The notes: generated by a model not told the origin, from the sequence alone. A DNA stretch of 64,000 nt from Chrysomallon squamiferum (GCA_012295275.1 CM022675.1:4340001-4404000); one strand, 5' to 3'. Shown: positions 10,596 to 26,529, counted from the first letter of the stretch. Numbers and translations: made by a program.

Positions 10596-11945
10596 ATGTA
10601 TGTATGTATGTATATGTGTGTGTGTTTCTGCATGTTTTATTATATATTTATATACAGTGAAATGTATGAGAAAAATATATCTTTGTATTACATTACTTTA
10701 TATTATATTACATAACGAATCTATATAATCAACTAAGGATATTTTAATATTTTATTTTAATAATCCTTCGTATCCATTTTGAATTTTCTGTTTCGTACTC
10801 GAAGTCTGTTTTATACTAATATTTTTACTATTAACCTAACTTTATTGTGATACAGTAAACCTTGTTATTATTACAACTGATCATTCGGCATATCTATTTA
10901 TTTTGTCTTTCCAACGTTTGATTTATTCTCTGTTTCAAGTCCCATTTGAATAAAAAATGGATAAATGGAAAATCTGAAGTCTGATCTTTGTGTTTATTGC
11001 ACGAGTGTTACTTTCTGAAGAAAAAAGTTTAATCTCAGTTGGAAATACTTTGGCATAGCTGCCATTTTGTTATGTTTCTCTGAACGTGTATCACTAACAT
11101 CGTTCATACTCTACTTGTTACGTTCACGAGGTTTTGTTTACAAGTTTTCTTTATATAAACAGCCTCGACAAAACACAAATTAAACATCTTTGCTTCATCT
11201 GTTTGTCCGTAATAGAAGGTTTTGTCACCCGAAAGTACTAGAAAAGCTTGATGAAAAATTTATATAATGTCTCTTTACTGTTTTCGAGAGATAATCTCGC
11301 TTCAGAAGGGGTCCTTGAAATCTGAGCGTTAAAAAATTACATCGCCACAAAAACACACACACACACACACACGCACTCGCTGTCTATCTCTCTCACACAC
11401 GCACACACACACACATGCACAAACACTCTCTCACACACACATGCACAAACACTTAAGCACACACACATATACGATGTCTTTCTAGAGGTATTTTCGTGTT
11501 TATGTGGGTTATATTATTTTAATTTCAGCTGAACATTCTAAAAGTTGATTTTCAAGAACCTATGTTTACTACAGCTTTGTTTTTATTTTTCACAAAATAA
11601 ATTCAGGTCCAAACATTTCTAGCTGCATTCAGTGAAGTCAGACTTTGAGAGTGACGAGCTCTCTAAGTGAGGGAAAGACAACTGTGAAACTTAGTATGAT
11701 GTAATATATTAATTTTATTCTAACTGTTTTTGTGAGAGAATTGTACTTGATGCTTCACCATATTGGTATGATTGCTTCTGAGATTTGACAGACTCGGTCC
11801 ATCATTAAAAAACCCAGACTGAAGTTCCAGTTAATTGATTACAACAAACAAACAGCAAACTTTAACTAGCAGAGTGACTATCATCTGAAACCAGTATTAT
11901 CAGTCACATATTTCTCACAGATCATATATATTTAATTGTAAATTA

Positions 11946-11998
<53 letters not shown>

Positions 11999-12899
11999 GA
12001 ATGAAAATGATGATGATGATAATAACAATAACAATGTATTAGTGATATTAATAACAATGGGAGGGAAAAAGAAAGAACAAGAAAGATAAAATGTCACATT
12101 AACACACAGGAGATATTATTATGACGTAGGTGACAACCATATTATGTAACTGTGTGTGTGTGTATTCTCCGCTATTTGTCGATCTGCGCTATTTTAAGAC
12201 TGCGCTGCGCATTCTAATGATCGGTAAAATGTTTCACTAGACACAGCACATCATTATTAAATAAAATAAACAGTGTAAACCTGATCTCAATAATTTTATT
12301 TTTATTTGTGACATCCTGTGAATTTGAAGTGCATATTTTTCAAAATTAAACTAATATAAAACGTGTGGCCTAATTTACATTGAACTATAAATTGAATACA
12401 AACACGCTTTGTGTCTAAAATCAATGATATTTAAAGATAATGTCACAGGATATAACTAAATAAACAGATAAAGTCAACTTAAAAACAAAAAATATGTAAA
12501 ATTAAAATTTAGAACATCAGTTTTAAAACTAATGACAAGTTTCCAGTAAGATTTTGCAGTATATTACTTTATTTTGTTATAAACAATCTTCAAATGAAAA
12601 TCACAGAACAGACAAGCAGAATATGAAACTGAATCAATTAAATCTGCAGACAAAGATTATTATTCTTTACTTGTGCGATACTAATGACAAGTTTCTAGTG
12701 AGATTTTGCATATATTATTTATCATAAATTTAGTTATAAAACGTGGTGACTACAAAAATGTGACAAAACACGTTGATATCTCATTACTACCTGGGAGACC
12801 TGACATTCGTCAACTTCAAAGTTTCTAGTTTAACAAAGTGAAACAAGTAATTTTGTAGTATGGAGGGTGACTGACATAAATAAATATAAATAACATAAG

Positions 12900-13230
12900 C
12901 GACATTATTTTGTTATAAACAATCTTCAAATAAAAATCACAGAATAGACAAACAGAATTTTAAACTGAATGAATTTAAAGAATTTATCTGCAGTCAAAGA
13001 TTATTTTTATTTACCTGTACGACAAAGAATTATAAAAATACATAAACTACATTACAGGTAGAACGTAGACAACTGTGAAGATGATCTAAATTAATTACAG
13101 CTGTTTGTTTAATTAGTATTAACATTCTCTGTATGACTGAGTGTTATAAAACTGAGATATTCTACTTGTGTAATCTCTGTCCCAGGTAATACCACACCCA
13201 GATTTTTATGTTTCAAAATCATTCTATATC
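12900..13230 (+). other. Highly conserved distal upstream block of the array unit
   Basis: Near-identical ...caactgtgaagatgatctaaattaattacagctgtttgtttaattagtattaacattctctgtatgactgagtgttataaaactgag...ctctgtcccaggtaatac at ~12900-13230, 22700-23010, 38606-38910, 60450-60780 and 63840-64000. Confidence 0.75.
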
Positions 13231-13559
13231 AAAATCCATTATTTATTTTGCATAGATCTTCAATCGTTGTATATCAGTGATAAAATGATATGTTTGTAAC
13301 AAACCAACAATACACAAGTGCTTGAAATTTACAAACTTAATTGTTTTTAAACAAATATGGAAGTTGAAAAGGTTTTTTTGTTTTGTTAGTTTTGTGGGAT
13401 TTTTAACAAAATGTCTTGTATTTATCAGCATTGCAAAGACCTGAAGTAGACACTGGTTTTGAATCTAATATTGTCTGTTCTCTTTGTAATCTTACGTGGT
13501 CATCCTGAAAATTAGCTGGAAACACGTGTTTATGAAAAGAGGCTGGAATTACACGCATA

Positions 13560-14035
13560 TGTGAAATTAAGCTGTGAATACGTCTACATGAAAATAAGCT
13601 GTGAATACGTCTACATGAAAATAAGCTGTGAATACGTCTACATGAAAATAAGCTGAGAATGCGTCTACAGAAAATAGTTGTTAATATGTCTACAAGAAAA
13701 TAAGATGCGAATACGTTTACATGAAAATAAGCTGAGAATACGTCTACATGAAAATAAGCTGAGAATACGTTTACATGAAAATAAGCTGAGAATACGTTTA
13801 CATGAAAATATGCTGAGAATACGTCTACATGAAAATAAGCTGAGAATACGTTTACATGAAAATATGCTGTGAATACGTCTACATGAAAATAAATTGTTAA
13901 TACGTCTACATGAAAATAAGCTGAGAATAAATCTACTTGGAAATAAGCTGAGAATACGTCTACATGAAAATATGCTCTGAATACGTCTACATGAAAATAT
14001 GCTCTGAATACGTCTACATGAAAATAAGCTGTTAA
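13560..14035. repeat. 27-bp minisatellite (~17 copies) upstream of copy 2
   Basis: Unit tgaaaataagctgagaatacgtctaca; source of the spurious ORF 13678..13872. Confidence 0.93.
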
Positions 14036-14736
14036 TAAGTGTATGTAAAAATAAAATGGGAATAGCTGTTTATGTTAAAATTAGCAGGAAATAGGTATAT
14101 ATATCTAAAAATAAGCTGGAAATAGGTGTTTATGTGAAAATTAGCTTGGAATAGCCGAAAATATGAAAATATGTTATGAAAATTGTGTTTCTGAAAAGAA
14201 GTTGAAATTATGTATGTGTCTAATGAAAATAAGTTCGGGTGTGTCTGGATGTGTGTATGTATACATATATGTATGTATTTATTTATATATGCATGCATGC
14301 ATGGAGTTGTGTGTGATTGTATGTATCTATGTATGTATGTATGCATGCTTATATTGATGCTTACATGCAAGTATGTATTTATGTATTTGTGTATGTATGC
14401 CTTATATTTGTATGTATGTTTGTGTGTATTTATGTAATTCATACAACTTACATTAGTAAAAGCGACGTGTCACTTTTAATTACACCAACACAAAATGACA
14501 AACAGTGTATTCTGTAACCTAAGTACCCATTCACTGATGAACTTTTATTGTGAGGCTGCTAGCTGTCTGGGCTGAACCTTTCAGCTGACAAGTTTTACCT
14601 TCAGCACACTCGTGACCTGTTTTCCTCTTTCAGTTAATATCTACTTCCTGCTTGATTTTAGCAAAACTCGGTTTTATATCGTCTTGCATAAGAAGTTTCG
14701 TAAATGATAGTAAAAAGGAGAAAACAAAAAGAAATC

Positions 14737-17700
14737 ATGAACTTAGTAACAGCACTGACTATATTAACGATCTACAATCAGACAGCAGGTGCAGAAAGAC
14801 TAAGTGAGTTTATTATTTATTTAAATTAATTTTAATTTGTTTTTCAAGTTTTTTCAAAAATGTATAAGACAAGGGGCATAATTTAAAATTTTAAACTTTA
14901 TTGAAGTGATACTTAGTGAATAACAAGGATTTTAGAATTGTTATTTCTTGTATATTCTGATTATATTTTAAGGTTAAAAATCAGAAATTTTCTAAAAATC
15001 GTGTCTAATGTATGTCTGTTTGATTTTTAACATGAAATGCTCGTATCATATTTAATAATAACAGGAAAACAATAATAACCTCGACAATAAGAACAGTAAC
15101 AAAACGAACGACAGCAACAATAATAATATCAGTAACAACATCAAGAGCAATAAACAAACGACATAAACAAACAACAATAATGATAGTGATTAATATGAAA
15201 TAAATGCATAGTGTGACAACAAAAAGATAATACAATTTAACTTAGAGTTTCAACTTAAGATAACATGTCTTAACATACGGTAAAACATTAATTTATAACA
15301 TAAACTAGCATGTTTTAACATTATTTTTAAAAATAAACTCCTTACTATAAACGGAAAAGTACATAAAATAGCTTAATATAACGTAATTATAACGTGTTAT
15401 ATAAAATAACAAAATATAACGTAACGTAATATAACTAAAATAATAACATAGCAATATTAGTTATTACAATATGACAACATATGACTAAAACACACAATGA
15501 CATAAAAAGGTCAGTATTTATAAATGGGATCAATATAATGCGACAAAAATAATTTGTAATATTAATACTATAATATAACATAACTTGACTTGAGCAAACC
15601 ATAACATAAAAAAAATATATATTTATAAATTTGTACAACAAATATCAATATAAATAATTAAGATAATTATTAATAAATTAACACAGGTCCGTGGTCTGAC
15701 AGAAAACAAGAAGAAATGTTAGAAGAATATTTTACACTGGATAAAAAACAAACTTGGTGGGAGGCAGCGTATTCTGGCTGTGAGGAGGCAGGAGGCAGAC
15801 TCGTTGTTCGTCATTCTGGTTTAGACTACGACAAACTTGATTCCTTGATGGAAAAAGACACAAACTATTGGGTAGGAGCTTTAGAGACGTATACACCGTG
15901 GAAATGGACTGGTGAGTATTCTCTTATTATTAATCTCATAGTCGTTTACAAAATAAATAAATGTTTCATGTTTTATCAAAGTTTTACTTTATAAATTGAT
16001 CATTGTCTACGTCATGAACAGTAAGAACAGAATCACTAATAACAATTATAGCACAGTTTTTGTTGTTGTTATTGTTTTCAGATTCCAATGACAAATTATT
16101 CCAGTACGTTGGAGATATCGATGTTGGGAGTTTGAGTAGTAAATACACAATACAAGACAATGATGCTTTTAAATGCTTCCAGCAATGTAAACCGAGCAAT
16201 GGAAAAATTGGTTTACAGGTGGGTAAATTCTTCTCTTCATAAAGACTGAATTAAAAACAAAAAGTGTTAAATATATACTTGTTTTATATTACATGAAACA
16301 CACACAGACAAATAGGACACACAGACAGATATACTTCTACTATTAATGTGTCACTGCGACATCCAGTTCATCATCATCTTGTTCTACTGCTATTTCCACT
16401 TCTACCATTACTACTACCACTATCCTTCTTCTTCTTCTTTTTATTATTATTGATATTATTGTTGTTGTTCTTGTGTTTATATTACTACAATTTATTTGCA
16501 CATTTTTCTAGGTTATTTTTTGTTATTATTGCTATTAATTTTGTATTTTTAGGGAAAGCAGTGTTACTGTAAAATCTCTGACACAGCAAGTCCTGTGAAG
16601 TCAACTACAAAACGAGTTCGATGTGCAGGGACATATGAAGAATACTGCGGAGGACGAAACACAATTTCTGTTTATAGAATAGGTGACACTAATAATTTTA
16701 ATATATATTTTTTTCTCTTTTTTTTTCTTTTTTTGATTTGTAATATCGTCAGTAGATGAAGTTTTAAGTTTGTGATTTTGAATGAATAAACAAGCGAATA
16801 TATGAATGTATAAAAGTACGAGCGAATGAATGAATGAATGAACGAATGATCGAAAGGACGAACAAATGAATGAATGAATCAGTCAATGATTTAAGATTCC
16901 TCGATATAGTGATAATTATAATAATATATAAATCACTTCATTACAGATCTTCCGTCTTCAGTTAAAATCGACGACAGCGCTGACGGAATCAAGCGCTGCG
17001 GCTACGTCAAGTTCAATTCTGACAGTTTTACAATTGGTTTTCAAAACTGTGACAGCTACAGAGCATACGTAATGTATACAGGTCATTTTATTTTAAAATA
17101 GATGAGTCAGTATTTTTAGTTACAATGGCTATAATTAAAGTAATGAATGAATGAATGAATGATTAATAATAATAATAATAATAAAAGGAAAATTAGTTGA
17201 AGTATCAAAAGTAAAGGTAGAAGTAGTATTAGTAATAGTAGTAGTACCAAGAGTAGGAGTAAGTAGTAAGTAATGAAGTGATTAAACAAATAAATGATCA
17301 GTTACAGTTTACAATACATGTTGGCTTTGTTCTTTCTTATTTATTTATTTATATATTTATTTTATTTTATTTTATTTTTTTCTTTTTTTTTTCTCTTATT
17401 ATAATTTTTTTGTTCTTGTTGAATTTTTCTAATTATTTATTTATTTATTTTCGTATTTTTTAAACTTTATTTTATTTTTATTTTTATTATTTACTTATTT
17501 TTTGCTGTCTCTTAGAGATGAACGCATTAACATCACTTCTTCAATGGTGGATCGAAAGTTCACTTTGCACATCTGTGATATGTATTTCACTAAAGAACAA
17601 GATGACATGGAATAATGCGGATTATCGGATCGATTTATCTAAGCTAACGGACAATACACTCTCAGCTATGAAAATACTTTTAGCAAAACCAGAAAGACAG

Positions 17701-18245
17701 AAGCGATCATACTGGATTGCACTTCACAGAGAAGTTAAATGGAGGTCGATTAACGGTATCTTTAGAATCTTTAGACTTATTTATTTATTTTATTTTACTT
17801 TTTTTTGTTTTATTCCATTTTATTTCATTTGCATACTCAAATATTTTTTTTTATCTATCTATCTAGTGTATTTATGTATTTGTCTATATATATATATATA
17901 TATTCAAGCTTTGTTTAATTCTATTCATTTATTTGCTTATTGTTCAGGAAATGAGCTGTGGTACTTGAAACATTTTTCTGACAAAAGGAAGTTTCTTAGA
18001 AGTTTAGTTTGGTTTGTTCAGAGTACAGATGATGAATTAAATGATTATTATTATTACTCTCCACACACAAAACTTCAGACTCTTTGTCAGAAATGTGAGT
18101 ATAAACTACCAGTAATAAATACGTGTGTGCATTTTTTCAAATCTTGTTATGTATATATGTAGGTATGTATTATGCATGTCATAATTAACATATTTTTCCA
18201 TTTCAGCATCATCTGTCTATAATTTAAAAGAATAATAATAATAAC

Positions 18246-18282
<37 letters not shown>

Positions 18283-20034
18283 CTAAAAGATGTGTTTAAT
18301 AAGTTTTTATGAAAAAAATCTAATGGCTTTTCGAGATAATCTTTTATATATTTACAGATAATGTAACTGCACCAATATCAACGTCCACATCAGTGACAAC
18401 AACTGCGAACCAGACCCCCCAAAACCCCTACTAGCTACTACGCCAAAAGTGTCAACTTCCATGCTTTTCTCCAAACCATCATTTTCTAGTACTTCTGAAC
18501 CAGCAAGATCAGGGGCGATAATTCCAACAAAACAATCCGCTGACATAAAGCTTCCATCAAAAAAGTCAGGTTAGTTTTAATTTTACTATTTTGTTTTAAT
18601 AGTTTAAATTTTTTTTTCTTTCTATACCTGTTTGTCTGTGCTAGATTAATTTTTATTTAATTTACATGAATTATTTCACTTGTTTTTAATTTACTAACTT
18701 GTTTTTTATTTTACTAGCTTTGTGTTAATTTACTAGATTTATTCTGGTAATCTTATTAAATTTAATTAATATATATATATATATATATATCAGTATTCTT
18801 TGTAACTATCTCTTTTTTCTTTTGACTTAGCAAATTTCATGTGAAAAATGGAAAAATAATTTACAAAGACTATTTCGATACTAAGTGACAAAAAATAACT
18901 AACTAACTAATTAAATAAATAAATAAATAAAAAACATTTACATAGATAATTGTTCTTAGATTAAATTCAATGTTATTATGTAATTATTTTCAGCATATGT
19001 TGGTGGTGCTGTCGCTGCTGTTGTAGTGGTGTTGGTTGTTATTGCTGTCGTCGTAGTTTGGACTAAACGGTGAACATTTGTTGTAATCAATTATTAAAGA
19101 AAATTATGAAATTCATGAAGCAGAAACATAGGGAAAAAGGATTAAAAAAGGATGACATATGAAAAAAAAATAAAGAAGAAAAAAAAGAATGAATGAATGA
19201 AAAAAGAAAGAAAAATTATGTCTTCTTTATCATATTTGTTAGAAATGCTAAAACAAAATAAAAGATGGTGAAATAAAAATATGAATGAAAGAAAAAAATC
19301 TACAGATTTCATTGTTATTCTTCTCAGTTAACGTCAGTTTAATTTGAAATGTAAAATAGTTTTTCCTTTGAATTATCAGAGTCGTCACGACAGAAACTCG
19401 TATAATAAAACTAACTTAGTATTTCACAGTTTAAATTTAAATAATGTCTTCATTTTTCAGAACACGTCGATTTTGTTTTAAAACTCAGAAGTTACCAGAA
19501 TCAAGAATTAATTTTAGCAAAAGAAACAATGAAATCAGCTCTGCTGAACATTTAAAACGTGATCACACAAATTCGAGTTTTGATGTAACAACGACATCGA
19601 CGTCGGCAGATCATGAATCTGAATCAGAAAATCAAGGAAACCACAGTGTTTACTACAACGTCCCAAACGGAGTTACTGTCAACGTGGAAAACAGAAATGA
19701 TAACGACTACGACATCGCAGACGTTAAAGCACTTCCCATTAACAGATCTACTGGAGACTACGACACAGCGGATATCAAAACAGCTACTACTACAACGTCT
19801 GAAGTGGACAATCATCTCTCAGGCAGCCATGACGGAGACTACAACAACATAGACACAACAAATACGACAACTCGTACATCTAACATCTACAACAACCTTG
19901 CTGAGGACGACAACGGTGACTATGACAGCTACGATAAGGAAAAGGTAACAACTACGTCTCATGTCTACAGCCAGCTTGGTTTCGACAAAGACAGCGCCTA
20001 CGACAGCACAAGCAAAGAAAAGACAACTATCTGA
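14737..20034 (+). pseudogene. Receptor copy 2; -1 frameshift in the stalk exon as assembled, and a shortened tail
   Basis: Exons: 14737-14803, 15687-15911, 16082-16218, 16553-16682, 16947-17081, 17516-17755, 17948-18094, 18358-18569, 18994-19069 (TM), 19461-20034. Exon 18358-18569 is 212 nt, one base short in the C-runs at ~18415-18428, giving a premature TAG. Degenerate tail homology continues to ~20345. Confidence 0.8.
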
Positions 20035-20558
20035 CGCCTACATCCACCTCGATTATTATGAAGACTACAACACCATGAGACAGAAACCCTGCAACATCGA
20101 CAACAACATCAGAACCTTATAGCCAGCCATCTTAACCAACCTGACGGTGAAACTACGACATCGCTTGATACTGCTACGTCAGCTTTACCAGTCCCCAGTC
20201 TGTGTAGACATACTGCCTCGTCTAACAATCTAATTCCCACTAGGAAATCCGAAATATTTGATAACATCCACGACGATTCCGACAACAACGACAACGTTTC
20301 TAAAAGCAGCTGATCTGTTTATTTTGTTCTGGAAAATTTGTATTGAAAAGAATCTCACTAGTAACTCGATCGATATTTTGATGCGTTTCTGCTAGGAAGT
20401 GTTTTGTTTTTTAAACCTATGTTATCAGAGTCTCAAACCAGAGTTTCTTTTATTACTTTCTCATTTTTTTATTTTTGTTGTTGTTGTTGTTGTTGTTATT
20501 TTTTTACATTACAAGTGTTTCATAATATATTATATTATATTATATTATTATTATATTA

Positions 20559-20625
<67 letters not shown>

Positions 20626-20953
20626 TTACACCCTATTTCAGTGTTTCCTAACAACTTGTTTTTTGATTGTTATTTTTTTTTAAATCCCATGTTAATAGTT
20701 TCTCATAGTGTTTTTCATTGTTTGCATTATTTGTATTTTTCTTTACATTGCTATATGTTGTATTTGTGCTTTATCCCAATATCTAAATGTTCTTTTTGTT
20801 AGTGCGATTTATTTTTCAAATTATTCCTGAGTTATGTGAGATCTGTTCTTATACGTTAACATTTTTAGTATTAATCTGCACTGATGCAAAATTTGTCACT
20901 TGAAGGAAGTGTTTTCTAAAATCCACGTTAACAGTTACTTTTTTGTTTTGTTC

Positions 20954-21035
<82 letters not shown>

Positions 21036-23360
21036 TTGTTTTTTTGTTTATATTGTTGTTGTTCTCCGTTTCGTACTGGAAGTCTGTTTTATACTAACTT
21101 TTTAATATTAATCTAACTTTATTGTGATACAGTAAACCTCGCTACTATTCAAATGGATCATCAGGTAAATCGATATATTTTGACTTTCGAATGATTGATT
21201 TATTCTCTGTTTCAAGGGCTGATGAATAAAAACTGGATAAATTGAAAATTTGAATTCTTAATTTTGTGTTTTTGCACCAGTGTTACTTTGTAGAAAATAT
21301 TTTAGTTTTATTTGAAATACTTTGGAACAGCTGCCATTTTGTTATGTTTTTCTGAACGTGTATCACTAACATCGTTCATACTCTACTTGTTACGTTCACG
21401 AGGTTTTGTCTTCGAGTTTTCTTCATATAAACAGCCTCGACCAAACACAGATTAAATATCTTAGGTACATCTGATTGTCCAGTGTAAAAGGTTTTGTCAC
21501 CCGAAAGTAGTAGAAAAACTTGATGAAAAATTTCTGTAAAGTCTGTCAACTATTTTCGGGAGACAATCTCGTTTCCGAAGGAGCTTTTGAAGTTACAGAT
21601 TTCCTCAAAACAGCAACTGTGTGCAAACGTCACCAAAATAAATTGAACATAAAAAAATGCGTAGCTTTTGGACTATTTAACTGACGTCACAACACATATA
21701 CACACACACACATGAACATACACAAACACTCATACACGTCTTTCTGGATGTATATTCGTATTCATTTGTGTTATGTTACTTTTCATTTTGTAATAAATTC
21801 TGAATGAAGTAAACAATTCTTACTTATATTTATAGAGACTCAGTCTGAATCCTGGTTATTTATGTTCCAGAGTTCGGAGAAAACATTTTGTTTCAGAAAC
21901 AAATTTGGATTTACATTTGTAATTGGAGGATTTTATACAAGAATAGTTGTTCAGGCATTGCTAAACATTAGAACACAGATTATAGAAATGTGCTGTTGAA
22001 AAAAGACGTCACTGATTAACACCAAGAGAAGACAACTGTGATATCACTTTATTTTTGTTTTACATTTCTACTGCAACAGAGAAATTAATTAATTGAAAGT
22101 TAATTTACTTCCCAAAAGATAAACGTGAAAAGTATTTGTCAAAAGAAGCGCTACTGGTGCGGGGAGGGGGGGGGGGGGGTCGAGTGTTTGACATTTCAGT
22201 CAACATTTGAACATTTTTAACGTTGATTTTCAAGAACCCAGATTCAGAGACTTTTTTTTTTTCTTTTTACACAAAATAAATTCAGGTCTATTTCAAGCTG
22301 TACTAACAAATTCCATTCAATGAAGTCAGTTTCGGAGAGTGAGGAGCTCTCTAAAGGAGAGAAACACAATTGTGAAACTAAGTTTAATGTAATAATTTTA
22401 TTTCTGCTGTTTTTGCGAGACATCATTATTAAATACATTTTATTTTTATTTGTGACATTCTGTGAATTTGAACTGCACTTTTTCCGTAATTAAACTAATA
22501 CAAAACGTGTGGCCTAATTTACATTGAACTACAAATTGAATACAAACAGGCTTTGTGTCTAAAATCAAGTAGATTTATAGACAATGTCACAGGATACAAG
22601 TAAATAAATAGATAAACTGAACTTAAAAACCAAAAATATGTAAAATTAAAATGTTAATACTAATGACAAGTTTCTAGTAAGATTTTGCAGTATATTACTT
22701 TATTTTGTTATAAACAATCTTCAAATCAAAAACACAGAACAGACAGAATTTGAAACTGAATCAATTTAAAGCATTTATCTGCAGACAAAGATTATTATTC
22801 TTTACTTGTACGATACAGAATTTTAAAAATACATTAACTACTTTACAGGTAGAACTTAGCCAACTGTGAAGATGATCTAAATTAATTACATCTGTTTGTT
22901 TAATTAGTATTAACATTCTCTGTATGACTGAGTGTTATAAAACTGAGATATACTACTTGTGTAATCTCTGTCCCAGGTAATACCCCACCCAGATTTTTAT
23001 GTTTCAGAATCTTTCTGTAAGAAAACAGCTGGACTCCATTGTTTATATTGCACAGATCTTCAAACATTGTATATTAATGATAAAATGATATGTTTGTAAC
23101 CAACCAACAATACACAAGTGCTTGAAATTTACAAACTTAATTGTTTTTAAACAAATATGACAGGTGAAAAGATGTTGTTTTTTTGTTAGTTTTGTGGGGT
23201 TTTATACAAAATGTCTTGCATTTATCAGTTTTGCAAAGAACTGAAGTAGACACTGGTTTTGAATCTAATATTGTCTCTCTACTCTTTGTAATCTTACGTG
23301 GTCAGCCTGAAAATTAGCTGGAAACACGTGTTTATGAAAAAAGACTGGAAATACATGTGT

Positions 23361-23570
23361 ATGTGAAATTAAGCTGTGAATGCTCTACATGAAAATAAGC
23401 TGAGAATACGTCTACATGAAAATAAGCTGAGAATACGTCTACATGAAAATAAGCTGAGAATACGTCTACATGAAAATAAGCTGCGAATACGTCTACATGA
23501 AAATAAGCTGCGAATACGTCTACATGAAAATAAGATGTGAATAAGTCTACATGAAAATAAGCTGTGAATA
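23361..23570. repeat. 27-bp minisatellite (~8 copies) upstream of copy 3
   Basis: Same unit as 13560-14035 with a lower copy number. Confidence 0.9.
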
Positions 23571-24351
23571 AGTGTTTATACAAATAAAATCGGAATAGCT
23601 GTTTATGTGAAAATAAGCAGGAAATAGGTATATATATCTAAGAATAAGCAGGAAATAGGTGTTTATGTGAAAATGAGCTTGGAATAGCCGAAAATATGAA
23701 AATATATTATGAAAATTGTGATTCTGAAAAGAAGTTGAAATGATATATGTGTCTAATATGTGAAAATGAATTGGGAAAAGTTGTATGAAAATAAATCGAG
23801 CATGTATTTGTTTTTCTGTGTGTTTGTACGTGGGTGTGTCTGGATGTGTGTATGTATACATATGTATGTATTTATTTGTATATGCATACATGCATGGAGT
23901 TGTGTATGGATTAATGCATGTATGGATTTATACATTGTGTATATATATATACGTTATGTATGTATGCATTACGTATATATATTTGATTGTATGTATCTAT
24001 GTATGTATGTATGCTTGTATGGAGGCTTACATGTTTGTATGTATTTATGTAATTCATACAACTTACATTAGTAAAAGCGACGTGTCACTTTTAATTATAC
24101 TAACACAAAACAACAAACAGTGTATTCTGTAACCTAAGTACCCATTCACTCATGAACTTTTATTGTGAGGCTGCTAGCTGTCTGGGCTGAACGTTTCAGC
24201 TGACAAGTTTTACCTTCAGCACACTCGTGACCTGTTTTCCTCTTTCAGTTAATATCTACGTCCTGCTTGATTTTAGCAAAACTCGGTTTTATATCGTCTT
24301 GCATAAGAAGTTTCGTAAATGATAGTAAAAAGGAGAAAACAAAAAGAAATC

Positions 24352-26529
24352 ATGAATTTAGTAACTGCAGTGATTATATTAACGATCTACAATCAGATAG
24401 CAGGTGCAGAAAGACTAAGTAAGTTTATTATTTATTTAAATTAATTTTAATTTGTTTTTCAAGTCTTTTCAAAAATGTATAAGGCAAGGGGCATAATTTA
24501 AAATTTTAAACTTTATTGAAGTGATACTTAGTGAATAACAAGGATTTTAGAATTGTTATTTCTTGTATATTCTGATTATATTTTAAGGTTAAAAATCAGA
24601 AATTTTCTAAAAATCGTGTCTAATGTATGTCTGTTTGATTTTTAACATGAAATGCTCGTATCATATTTAATAATAACAGGAAAACAATAACAACATCGAC
24701 AATAAGAACAGTAACAACACGAACGACAACAACAATAATAATATCAGTAACAACATCAAGAGCAATAAACAAACGACATAAACAAACAACAATAATGATA
24801 GTGATTAATATGAAATAACTGCATAGTGTAACAGCAAAAAGATAATACAATTTAACTTAGAGTTTCAACTTAAGATAACATGTCTTAACATACGGTTAAA
24901 ACATTAATTTATAACATAAACTAGCATGTTTTAACATTATTTTTTAAAAATAAACTCCTTACTATAAACGGAAAAGTACATAAAATACCTTAATATAACG
25001 TAATTATAACGTGTTATATAAAATAACAAAATATAACGTAACGTAATATAACTAAAATAATAACATAGCAATATTAGTTATTACAATATGACAACATATG
25101 ACTAAAACACACAATGACATAAAAAGGTCAGTATTTATAAATGGGATCAATATAATGCGACAAAAATAATTTGTAATATTAATACTATAATATAACATAA
25201 CTTGACTTGAGCAAACCATAACATAAAAAAAATATATATTTATAAATTTGTACAACAAATATCAATATAAATAACTAAGATAAATATTAATAAATTAACA
25301 CAGGTTCGTGGTCTGACAGAAAACAAGAAGAAATGTTAGAAGAATATTTTACACTGGATAAAAAACAAACTTGGTGGGAGGCAGCGTATTCTGGCTGTGA
25401 GGAGGCAGGAGGCAGACTCGTTGTTCGTCATTCTGGTTTAGACTACAAAAAACTTGATTCCTTGATGGAAAAAGACACAAACTATTGGGTAGGAGCTTTA
25501 GAGACGTATACACCGTGGAAATGGACTGGTGAGTATTCTCTTATTATTAATCTCATAGTCGTTTACAAAATAAATACATGTTTCATGTTTTATCAAAGTT
25601 TTACTTTATAAATTGATCATTGTCTACGTCATGAACAGTAAGAACAGAATCACTAATAACAATTATAGCACAGTTTTTGTTGTTGTTATTGTTTTCAGAT
25701 TCCAATGACAAATTATTCCAGTACGTTGGAGATACTGATGTTGGGAGTTTGAGTAGTAAATACTCAATACAAGACAATGATGCTTTTAAATGCTTCCAGC
25801 AATGTAAACCGAGCAATGGAAGAATTGGTTTACAGGTTGGTAAATTCTTCTCTTCATAAAGACTGAATTAAAAACAAAAAGTGTTAAATATATACTTGTT
25901 TTATATTACATGAAACACACACAGACAAATAGGACACACAGACAGATATACTTCTACTATTAATGTGTCACTGCGACATCCAGTTCATCATCATCTTGTT
26001 CTACTGCTATTTCCACTTCTACCATTACTACTACCACTATCCTTCTTCTTCTTCTTTTTATTATTATTGATATTATTGTTGTTGTTCTTGTGTTTATATT
26101 ACTACAATTTATTTGCACATTTTTCTAGGTTATTTTTTGTTATTATTGCTATTAATTTTGTATTATTAGGGAAAGCAGTGTTACTGTAAAATCTCTGACA
26201 CAGTAAGTCCTGTGAAGTCAACTACAAAACGAGTTCGATGTGCAGGGACATATGAAGAATACTGCGGAGGACGAAACACAATTTCTGTTTATAGAATAGG
26301 TGACACTAATAATTTTAATATATATTTTTTTCTCTTTTTTTTTCTTTTTTTGATTTGTAATATCGTCAGTAGATGAAGTTTTAAGTTTGTGATTTTGAAT
26401 GAATAAACAAGCGAATATATGAATGTATAAAAGTACGAGCGAATGAATGAATGAATGAACGAATGATCGAAAGGACGAACAAATGAATGAATGAATCAGT
26501 CAATGATTTAAGATTCCTCGATATAGTGA
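24352..26529 (+). pseudogene. Receptor copy 3, exons 1-4 only; near-identical to copy 2 and broken in intron 4
   Basis: Exons 24352-24418, 25304-25528, 25699-25835 and 26170-26299 are all open. Intron 4 matches copy 2 up to ...agattcctcgatatagtga (26529), then switches to unrelated sequence. Confidence 0.88.

Noticed and set aside
17518-18162. 214-aa single ORF in copy 2
   Set aside because: It is exon 6, an in-frame stop-free 192-nt AT-rich intron and exon 7; the equivalent intron differs in the other copies.
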